In this document: positions 24,053-31,041 of the stretch, in pieces | Layout of the letters: each line of letters begins with the position of its first letter | Numbering within the stretch: the stretch's first letter is position 1 | Assembly: GCF_001652585.1 (NCBI RefSeq) | Contig: NZ_LWLG01000001.1 | Location: 30,001-62,000 of the forward strand | Reading direction: 5' to 3' | From: Thermosulfurimonas dismutans | GTDB lineage: Bacteria; Desulfobacterota; Thermodesulfobacteria; Thermodesulfobacteriales; Thermodesulfobacteriaceae | DNA: 32,000 nt | Program-made: the position numbers and the translations under genes | The notes under the pieces: model-generated | The model's database searches: none | What the model saw: the letters and a program-made list of their open reading frames with translations, nothing else | Told to the model about the DNA's origin: nothing

Positions 24053-26855
24053 AACAGTGAAAAAAGCATTAAAGGCAATAAAAAGAGGAGCAGATTATAA
24101 GTATTTTTTCGATCATCTCAAATCACCTGAGTGGATAAAACCCCTTTGGAAGGAAGGTTTTTTCCGGGATCCACCAAAACCAATAAAAGAAGGAGAATAC
24201 ATTTCTTTTCCATCTTGGCCAGAGTCTATTTATCTTGCCCGAATGGCACCACTTAATCCAAAACTGGTACTAGAAGTTATATTACAAATTCCAGATGTGG
24301 GAAATGCTCGTATTTATCAAGATTTGATTGATGCAGCACTTAAAATGCCTCCAGAACTTGCTGCATGTCTTGTGGAAAAAACTAAAAAGTGGGCAAAGTC
24401 ACTATATTTATCGGTGCCAGAAAAATTAGGCCAACTTATCTCCCATCTTGCAGAAGGAGGAAAAACAGAAGAAGCTTTGGAGATTGCTGAAGTTTTGTTA
24501 GACATCATACCAGATTCCAGTTCTATAAAGGATATATTTCCGCCAGAGCCGCGGCCTCGTTTTGATATATGGTCTTATGAACAAATTTTAAAAGAAAATT
24601 ATCCCCAATTGATTAAAGAATCAGGGCTACCTGCTTTCAAATTGCTTTGTGATTTATTAGAAAAAGCTGTACACCTTTCGCAAAGAGAGAAATATGAAAA
24701 GCCTGTAGACCTTTCTTATATCTGGCGACCAGCTATTGAGGATCATCTGCAAAATACAAGGGAAGACGTCAAAAATGTTCTAGTTAACGCTGTTAGAGAT
24801 GCTGCAGATCTTTTGATAAAAGAAGGATTACTATCAATAGAAGAAACAATCCATCACCTCGAAAAATATTCCTACCCAATCTTTAAGCGCATTATTCTTT
24901 ACTTACTATGGCGTTTTCCAGAAAAAGCCGGCAGATTCATTCCTCAATATCTAATAAACAATACCCTCTTTAATGATCCTCATTTTAGACATGAATATAA
25001 TATTTTGTTGCGAAAGTACTTTAAGAACTTAGATAATAGAGAAAAAAAGCAAATTATTAGATGGCTAGAACAAGGACCTGATCCTGAACTTTTAAAAGAT
25101 AAAAGCCCTGGAGAAAAAGAACAACTAAGGAAGCTTTGGTTACGAAACCAACTTGCCCGATTTAACTTGGAAGATTTGCCCCGGGAATGGCAGAAAGTTT
25201 ACAAAGAACTGGTTGAAAAATTTGGTGAACCGGAGCACCCAGACTTTGTATTTACTACCAGTACATGGATCGGTCCAACGAGTCCCTTAACAAAAGAGGC
25301 TATTCTTCAAAAAAGCATAGATGAATTGATTGAATTTCTTAAATCCTGGTCTCCTCCAGAAATTCCTTTTGGAGAACCTTCTCCAGAAGGATTGGGTCGG
25401 GAATTGGCAAGTGCAGTGGCTGAACAACCAGAGAGATTTGCCATCGAGGCTAAAAAATTTAAGGGAACGGGTCCCACCTATGTTAGGCATTTAATCTCAG
25501 GGTTTACAGAAGCCTTAAAAGAGGGAAAGTCTTTTCCGTGGGAACAGATTTTAAACCTCTGTGAATGGGCAATTAGTCAACCAAGAGAGATTTCAAAAAA
25601 AAGAAAAATTCCTTTTGGCTTTGATCCTGACTGGGGTTGGACTCGAAAAGAAATAGCTTCTCTATTAGAAACAGGTCTTGAAAAGTATGCCTTCCCGTTC
25701 AAATTAAGGGAACGTATATGGAAAATTCTCGAACCTCTCACCGAAGATCCGGAGCCGACAAGGGAGGAAGAAGAAAAAAGATTTGATTTGCATGAGTTGG
25801 AATGGCCGACCCTGGCAATAAACAGTGTCCGAGGTCGAGCATTCCACGCGATAATAAAATATGCCATCTGGGTTCGTCAGAATTTAAAGAAACAAAAAGT
25901 GAAGTACCAAGGCTTTTCTTCTATTCCAGAGGTTAAAGAAGTTTTAGAAAAGCACCTGGACCCTTCTCATGATCCATCGCTTGCTATCCGCTCTATTTAC
26001 GGTCAATGGCTTCCCTGGCTTATACACTTAGACTCCGATTGGATTAAAGAAAACCTTTCAAAAATTTTTCCCGAAGATAATCCCAAGTTACGGAAGGTTG
26101 CCTGGGAAAGTTATCTCGTATTCAATAGAGCTTCCAAATATCTCGTATTCAATAAAGCTTCCAAAGAAGTTTATGAACTCTTAAAAGATCAATATGCTCA
26201 AGCCGTAAATACACTCTCTCTTGATCTCAAGGATAAAGATTTGAAAGAAACTCAAAAAAGCTTAGCTAATCACCTAATGATTTTTTATGCTTTGGGTTCT
26301 ATAGAGTGGGATGATCCTATTTTCCAAAGTTTTTGGGAAAATGCTGGCCCCCTCAGAAAGGAGGCTTTGGAGTTTATTGGAAGACTTCTTTATCAAAGTA
26401 AAATTTCTCAAGAATTTATAAAACGTTTTCAAAAGTTGTGGGAAAGCTATTGGTATAAGTTTCAAGATTCTTTCCATAAATCTCCTGATAAATACAAACC
26501 AGAACTTGCCACTTTTGGCTGGTGGTTCATATCAGAAAAGTTTGACGTTAGTTGGGCGATTAATCGGCTCCTTGAGGTTCTCCAGCTAACCCGCAAAATA
26601 GAGCCTGCACGCATGGTGCTACAACATCTTACAAAAATTTCCGAAAAATATCTCCGAGAAGCCATTAAGAGCTTAAAGCTAATTGCGGAGGGAGACCAGG
26701 AAGGATGGGTAATTTATACGGGGCGTAAATATATTCGCGAGATTCTTGAAAAGGCTATGCGCGATTCCAAAGCTAGAAGCGATGCTGAGCCGTTTGTACA
26801 TTATTTGGGAAGCCGTGGATTTTTTGAGTTCCGAGACTTATTAAGGAAGAACTAA
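24039..26855 (+). CDS. Unknown ~938-aa all-helical repeat protein (ORF941)
   Basis: The ATG at 24039 has GAAGGTGA 5 nt upstream. The frame is open from GTG 24030. It overlaps the ORF220 end. A 2.8-kb ORF in AT-rich DNA is strong coding evidence. I find no P-loop, nuclease, protease or other catalytic motif. Confidence 0.8.
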   Translation: MPRRETVKKALKAIKRGADYKYFFDHLKSPEWIKPLWKEGFFRDPPKPIKEGEYISFPSWPESIYLARMAPLNPKLVLEVILQIPDVGNARIYQDLIDAALKMPPELAACLVEKTKKWAKSLYLSVPEKLGQLISHLAEGGKTEEALEIAEVLLDIIPDSSSIKDIFPPEPRPRFDIWSYEQILKENYPQLIKESGLPAFKLLCDLLEKAVHLSQREKYEKPVDLSYIWRPAIEDHLQNTREDVKNVLVNAVRDAADLLIKEGLLSIEETIHHLEKYSYPIFKRIILYLLWRFPEKAGRFIPQYLINNTLFNDPHFRHEYNILLRKYFKNLDNREKKQIIRWLEQGPDPELLKDKSPGEKEQLRKLWLRNQLARFNLEDLPREWQKVYKELVEKFGEPEHPDFVFTTSTWIGPTSPLTKEAILQKSIDELIEFLKSWSPPEIPFGEPSPEGLGRELASAVAEQPERFAIEAKKFKGTGPTYVRHLISGFTEALKEGKSFPWEQILNLCEWAISQPREISKKRKIPFGFDPDWGWTRKEIASLLETGLEKYAFPFKLRERIWKILEPLTEDPEPTREEEEKRFDLHELEWPTLAINSVRGRAFHAIIKYAIWVRQNLKKQKVKYQGFSSIPEVKEVLEKHLDPSHDPSLAIRSIYGQWLPWLIHLDSDWIKENLSKIFPEDNPKLRKVAWESYLVFNRASKYLVFNKASKEVYELLKDQYAQAVNTLSLDLKDKDLKETQKSLANHLMIFYALGSIEWDDPIFQSFWENAGPLRKEALEFIGRLLYQSKISQEFIKRFQKLWESYWYKFQDSFHKSPDKYKPELATFGWWFISEKFDVSWAINRLLEVLQLTRKIEPARMVLQHLTKISEKYLREAIKSLKLIAEGDQEGWVIYTGRKYIREILEKAMRDSKARSDAEPFVHYLGSRGFFEFRDLLRKN
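26112..26165 (+). repeat. In-frame 27-bp tandem duplication inside ORF941
   Basis: TATCTCGTATTCAATAGAGCTTCCAAA (26112-26138) is followed directly by TATCTCGTATTCAATAAAGCTTCCAAA (26139-26165). One mismatch. The encoded peptide is YLVFNRASK-YLVFNKASK. Confidence 0.95.
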
Positions 26856-26873
26856 CTATTTTCTTAGTTCTTC
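26846..26873 (+). terminator. Hairpin at the end of the R-M/passenger operon
   Basis: GAAGAACTAA-ctattttc-TTAGTTCTTC is a perfect 10-bp stem whose left arm contains the ORF941 stop codon. It is followed by GAGCTTTTCG. The stem is AT-rich, so terminator strength is uncertain. Confidence 0.45.
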
Positions 26874-26986
26874 GAGCTTTTCGTTAGAATTTGCTTAATG
26901 AAACTCTAATAAGGGATGTGGTTGCTCTTTTTGCATGGTGCATTATCTTTAAATCAGTAAAGAAAATTCTTTACTGGAGTTTTTCT

Positions 26987-27235
26987 ATGGGGCGCGCCAC
27001 AAAAGTTGTAAATTTTTCTCTGCCACTGGATCTCTATAAAAAGACGGAAAATCTGGCTCGCCGCAGGAAAGTCCCTAAAAGTCAAATTTTGAAAGAGGCT
27101 CTTGAGGCTTATGTGGCTTCAGAGGAAAGGTGGGAAAAGCTTCGTGCCTGGGGAGTTGCAACGGCGGAGGCTCTGGGTTTAAAGAGTGAAGAGGATATAG
27201 AGAGACTCCTCCACGAATATCGCAAAGAGCTTTGA
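26987..27235 (+). CDS. Ribbon-helix-helix (CopG-like) antitoxin
   Basis: Internal ATG of track ORF 26891..27235, with GGAG 7 nt upstream. MGRATKVVNFSLPLDLYKKTENLARRRKVPKSQILKEALEAYV is an RHH beta-strand plus two helices. Its stop overlaps the PIN gene start. Confidence 0.75.
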   Translation: MGRATKVVNFSLPLDLYKKTENLARRRKVPKSQILKEALEAYVASEERWEKLRAWGVATAEALGLKSEEDIERLLHEYRKEL

Positions 27236-27648
27236 TTAGAGCGGTATTCGACACCAATGTGTATCTTTCAGCCATCCTTTTTGGTGGCGTATGCGCCGAG
27301 CTAAGAGATTTTGCTAGGAAAGGAAAAATTGAAGTATTCGTTTGCGAGGCTATTCTTGCCGAGGTGGCCGGGGTCCTCAGGAAGAAATTCGGATGGAGTC
27401 ATTATCAGATCAGCCTTCTTCTCGCGGAAATCAGAAGTTTCACCACGGTAATCTTTCCTCTTAAGAGAGTGGAAGTCATCAAAGAAGATCCCGCGGACAA
27501 TAGAGTGCTTGAGTGTGCGCTTGAGGCCGGAGCTGATTATCTGGTTTCAGGAGACAAAAAGCATCTTTTGCCTCTCAAGGAATTTCAGGGCGTACGGATT
27601 CTGAGCCCTAGAGAATTCCTAAAGTTATTGATCCAACAAGAACTATAG
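27232..27648 (+). CDS. PIN-domain toxin (VapC-like, PIN_3 type)
   Basis: The TTG start overlaps the antitoxin stop. MIRAVFDTNVYLSAILF (first acidic residue), then ...EDPADNRVLECALEAGADYLVSGDKKHLL are typical PIN acidic-residue blocks. Confidence 0.85.
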   Translation: MIRAVFDTNVYLSAILFGGVCAELRDFARKGKIEVFVCEAILAEVAGVLRKKFGWSHYQISLLLAEIRSFTTVIFPLKRVEVIKEDPADNRVLECALEAGADYLVSGDKKHLLPLKEFQGVRILSPREFLKLLIQQEL

Positions 27649-27773
27649 GATGGTCTTTGTCTGACCTACTCCCCGCTTTTCTAACCACTTGACAACTACT
27701 ACCGTCGCTTTCTCGGGCTTTCTGCCACCGCCTCCTTCCCACTACTTCACCATCTTCCGCTTCTGGACATCCT

Positions 27774-27791
27774 GGGGACACTCTGGGGACA
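27774..27791 (+). repeat. GGGGACA x2 at 11-bp phasing (GGGGACACTCTGGGGACA), right island end
   Basis: Counterpart of 10849-10866. It is followed by AGGAACTTGACAAAGCTCCCGATTTC (27795-27820), which resembles AGGAATTTGACTTCCGATTTT at 10934-10954. Confidence 0.55.
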
Positions 27792-27800
27792 GTCAGGAAC

Positions 27801-27829
27801 TTGACAAAGCTCCCGATTTCGCCTACTTT
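27801..27829 (+). promoter_or_regulatory. Candidate outward-facing sigma70-type promoter at the island's right end
   Basis: TTGACA (27801-27806), a 17-nt spacer, then TACTTT (27824-27829). It points toward the tRNA fragment and the downstream helicase-like gene. This is motif-level evidence only. Confidence 0.3.
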
Positions 27830-27852
27830 CTCATCAAAAGAGGGCGGTTAGC

Positions 27853-27880
27853 GCGGGTTCGAGTCCCGCCCTCGGCACCA
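27853..27880 (+). repeat. attR: 28-bp direct repeat, orphan copy of the tRNA-Leu 3' end
   Basis: Identical to 10775-10802. No acceptor 5' strand, D-arm or anticodon arm lies upstream, so this is not a second tRNA gene. Confidence 0.85.
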
Positions 27881-27903
27881 GGTCTTATCGGTCGGAGAGA
27901 TTC

Positions 27904-29199
27904 ATGGAGAGCGGGGCAGGAGAGGCACGAACTCTATCCGTTCCCCTCAATGGGCGAGCTTTTACTCAGCTCCCCCTACATCCCCGTCTGAAGGAAAACC
28001 TGGATCGCCACGGCTTCAAAAGAAGCACTATCCTTCAAGACCTAGCTCTATCCGAAGCCCTCAAAGGCAAAGATCTTATCCTTAAAGCCCGTCGAGGAAG
28101 CGGCAAAGGTATATTCTTGATCTTGGCGGCCCTGGATCGCCTGGCTCGCACCAATGGCCACAATGAGAACAAACCCCAAATATTGGTCCTTACCCCCAGC
28201 GGAGCGAGGGCCAAGCTTCTGTCTTCCTGGGCCAGGAACCTGGCCGAAGGCCTAGACCTTGAAATAGAGGCCTTTTCCGGGGAAGGTGAGATCACGGAGG
28301 AGGAACTCCGCAAACTTGAGAAGGGGGTGGATCTCCTTTTCACCACTCTGGACGGCCTCAACCGGGCCTTGAAGTGGGGCTTGCTAAAGACCTTCGGGCT
28401 CAAAATCCTGATCGTAGATGAGCTCGAAAAAATGGTCGCTCGAAGCGTGACCTTTATCCGAAATCTCCTGTCAAAACTCCCGCCTCCCGACAGGCGTCAA
28501 ACCCTGATTTTAATGGAGGAGCTCACCTATCCGGCCTTAGAACTAGCCTATGAGTTCACCAACGAACCCGAGGAAATCTATATAGAAGAAGGCCGTCGGG
28601 ATTTCACCGGTATCACCCTATCCCTAATCCATGTCTCGGAAACGGAAAAGTTCTCATTACTTCTAGGTATCTTAAAGAAAAAGAACTGGCCCCGAACCCT
28701 TATTTTCACCAACGAAAAACTTTCTGCTCAAAAACTGACGGATGACTTAAAGGCCCTGGGGCTCAAGGCCGTCTTCTTGAAGGCCGAATTACCACCCCCT
28801 TTGAGGCTTAATTTCCTCAAGATCTTTGCCAGGGGAGAAGCCCAGATCATGGTAGCCACGGATGCCGGCACCCGTTTTATTCAGGATGAGAACCTAGATT
28901 TCATCATCAATTACGATCTCCCAGAACTTCCGAGCGATTTCTGTCAGCGGGCCGGACGCATCAAAAAATCAGAAGGCGAAATCATCTCCTTATGTGATGA
29001 AACCGGAGCCTTTTTTTTGGAAGCCATCGAGGAGACTATCGGCCAAAAGATGAATGTCATCTTTCCGGAGCCCGAAGAAGAATGGTTTGTCTCTCCGGTA
29101 GAGGTTAGGGAAATATTAGGGAGGACTTCCCGAAAACCTCCCCGTGCTGCTAAACCCCGGAGATCCTCTCCTCGTTCTCAGACCAAAAGTAGGATTTGA
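27904..29199 (+). CDS. DEAD-box helicase-like protein with degenerate catalytic motifs
   Basis: The two-RecA-domain layout is recognisable. The Q-motif region is FTQLPLHPRLKENL...ILQ. Motif I reads RRGSGKG rather than TGSGKT. Motif II reads VDEL rather than DEAD. The motif III position reads LMEE rather than SAT. Motif V reads MVATDAGTR. Motif VI reads QRAGRIKK rather than HRIGRTGR. The C-terminal tail is basic. Confidence 0.8.
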   Translation: MESGAGEARTLSVPLNGRAFTQLPLHPRLKENLDRHGFKRSTILQDLALSEALKGKDLILKARRGSGKGIFLILAALDRLARTNGHNENKPQILVLTPSGARAKLLSSWARNLAEGLDLEIEAFSGEGEITEEELRKLEKGVDLLFTTLDGLNRALKWGLLKTFGLKILIVDELEKMVARSVTFIRNLLSKLPPPDRRQTLILMEELTYPALELAYEFTNEPEEIYIEEGRRDFTGITLSLIHVSETEKFSLLLGILKKKNWPRTLIFTNEKLSAQKLTDDLKALGLKAVFLKAELPPPLRLNFLKIFARGEAQIMVATDAGTRFIQDENLDFIINYDLPELPSDFCQRAGRIKKSEGEIISLCDETGAFFLEAIEETIGQKMNVIFPEPEEEWFVSPVEVREILGRTSRKPPRAAKPRRSSPRSQTKSRI

Positions 29200-29260
29200 C
29201 TAAGCTCCCCTTTTTGGGCTATCCTTGATCTTACAGAAATTTTAAGAAGGGGGTAGAGCC

Positions 29261-30556
29261 GTGGCGGAAGATCTCAAGAAGATGTATCGGACCGTTAAAG
29301 GAGACCATTTCCCCTCGGAAATACGGATCACTTTTGGAGACCAGACTTTGGTCTACCGAAAGAGGACCTGGAAAATAGAGGTTGAGCCTGGAATCATAGA
29401 AGAAAGAGGTCTTCGTTATGGTGAAAACCCGGATCAGGAAGCCGCCCTTTATGAACTGGCAAACGGCAACTTAATTCTTGGAGAGTGCGAATATATCGAG
29501 CCTGGGCTTGGACTGGTCTCAAGCTTAAGAGAAGAAGACCTGCTTCAGTTCGGGAAGCATCCCAGCAAGACCAATCTCACGGACATAGACAACGCCCTCA
29601 ATATTTTGCGTTATCTCTCTAAAAAGCCCTGCTGTGTGATCGTGAAACACAACAATCCCTGTGGGGTGGCTTATGGAGAAACTATAGCCGAGGCCTTCAT
29701 CAGGGCCTTTCGGGCGGATCGGATTGCGGCCTTTGGAGGAGCCATCGCCCTCAATCGGCCGGTAGACAAGGCTTGTGCAGAGGCCATCAGTGAGCAGTAT
29801 TTCGAGGTGGTAGCCGCTCCGGAATACGAGGAAGGCGCGGTCGAGATCCTCAAAAAGCGCAAAAATCTCCGAATAATTCGGATAAACCGCATCGACCAGC
29901 TTGAAAAGTACTGGGGGCTGCGAGTAGTGGAGTTCAAGAGCCTCATGGATGGTGGCCTTATCGTCCAGCAGTCACAGGTCAACAAGGTAAAGGGCCCCGA
30001 GGATCTCAAACCCGCGGTGGCCGTAAAGCCTGACGGCACAGAGGTCCGGTGCCGACGGGAGCCCACTGAACGGGAGATCGAGGATATGATCTTCGGCTGG
30101 GCGGTGGAAATAGGGGTAACCTCAAACTCGGTCCTCTTTGTGAAGGATCAGTGCACCGTGGCCATCGGAACCGGCGAACAGGATCGGGTAGGGGTCACAG
30201 AGATTGCCATCTTCAAGGCCTATACCAAGTATGCAGATCTCCTTTGTTACGACCGTTACGGTATTCCTTACAAACAGCTTGAACTTGAAATTCGGCAGGG
30301 GAAGCGGCCAGAATCTCAAAAAATCGAAATAGACGAGGAGACCAAGGCCGCCCGAGCCGGGCTTCCGGGCTCGGTCATGGTCTCAGACGCCTTCTTCCCC
30401 TTCCGGGACGCAGTAGATGTGGCCATTCGGGAAGGCATTTCAGCCATCATTCAGCCCGGAGGCTCCCTCCGGGACTGGGAATCCATTGAGGCCTGCAATG
30501 AGGCCGAGCCTCCGGTGGCGATGGTCTTTACTGGGCAGAGGGTCTTCAAACACTAA
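29261..30556 (+). CDS. purH: AICAR transformylase-type PurH homologue lacking the N-terminal IMP cyclohydrolase (MGS-like) domain
   Basis: The start is GTG. AICARFT motifs are present: GLRYGENPDQ, VKHNNPCGVAYG, AFGGAIALNRPV, SNSVLFVKD...IGTGEQDRV, SDAFFPFRD, IQPGGSLRD, and the C-terminus MVFTGQRVFKH. Confidence 0.85.
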   Translation: MAEDLKKMYRTVKGDHFPSEIRITFGDQTLVYRKRTWKIEVEPGIIEERGLRYGENPDQEAALYELANGNLILGECEYIEPGLGLVSSLREEDLLQFGKHPSKTNLTDIDNALNILRYLSKKPCCVIVKHNNPCGVAYGETIAEAFIRAFRADRIAAFGGAIALNRPVDKACAEAISEQYFEVVAAPEYEEGAVEILKKRKNLRIIRINRIDQLEKYWGLRVVEFKSLMDGGLIVQQSQVNKVKGPEDLKPAVAVKPDGTEVRCRREPTEREIEDMIFGWAVEIGVTSNSVLFVKDQCTVAIGTGEQDRVGVTEIAIFKAYTKYADLLCYDRYGIPYKQLELEIRQGKRPESQKIEIDEETKAARAGLPGSVMVSDAFFPFRDAVDVAIREGISAIIQPGGSLRDWESIEACNEAEPPVAMVFTGQRVFKH

Positions 30557-31041
30557 TGGCTTACGAGTGGCTACCTCCAACTAGAGATTATCAACCCCTT
30601 TGGCCTGGGAAGCTCGTGGAGGTGAGAAACCTCCCGAATGGCCTCACCCTCGAAATCTGGGATTATTCTCGGAAGTTAGCCGGTGATCGCTGGCTGATAG
30701 GAATGTTGGCGCAGATCGAGGTAAAAGTAGGGGCCGAACATTTTTCGGCCCCAGAAATGTTTGAAAGATTCCTCCAAGAGACCGGAGGGGTGATCTATTA
30801 TCGCTATCGAAAGGAAAGGCATTTCGTAGACGAAAAGGAAAGGAATCAGGTCTTTGAAACCATAAAGGACCATTTCTTAAAAGCGGCTTTGGAATATCTC
30901 TCCCATCCTTCCTTTCGCGACAGACTTATTCAGAGCGAAATCCCCCTTTTTGAAAGAAAAGTCCGATGGGAAGAAGAGATCAGACGCAAGGATGAGGAAG
31001 CCGAAAGATTAGAGGAACTATGGAAGGACCGACCCATATAG
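30556..31041 (+). CDS. Hypothetical protein (161 aa)
   Basis: Track ORF whose start overlaps the purH-like stop (TAATG). The protein composition is plausible. I recognise no motif. Confidence 0.55.
   Translation: MAYEWLPPTRDYQPLWPGKLVEVRNLPNGLTLEIWDYSRKLAGDRWLIGMLAQIEVKVGAEHFSAPEMFERFLQETGGVIYYRYRKERHFVDEKERNQVFETIKDHFLKAALEYLSHPSFRDRLIQSEIPLFERKVRWEEEIRRKDEEAERLEELWKDRPI

Larger units (their letters stand above)
10775..27880. mobile_element. ~17.1-kb integrated genomic (defence) island in tRNA-Leu
   Basis: An exact 28-bp direct repeat of the tRNA 3' end sits at both ends, with a tyrosine integrase adjacent to the intact tRNA. The cargo is accessory only (MTase, R-M, TA modules, pseudogenes). 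Flanks are housekeeping genes. Confidence 0.8.

Noticed and set aside
27840-27880. Second tRNA gene at the right repeat
   Set aside because: Only the T-arm, acceptor 3' strand and CCA are present. No GCCGAGG 5' acceptor strand, D-arm or anticodon arm lies upstream. An alternative 8-bp pairing (GAGGGCGG at 27840-27847 with CCGCCCTC at 27866-27873) is probably incidental.
27689-27991. 100-aa forward ORF across the island right end
   Set aside because: It reads through the repeat blocks, the 28-bp attR copy and the start of the helicase-like gene in a different frame. It has proline- and serine-rich junk composition.
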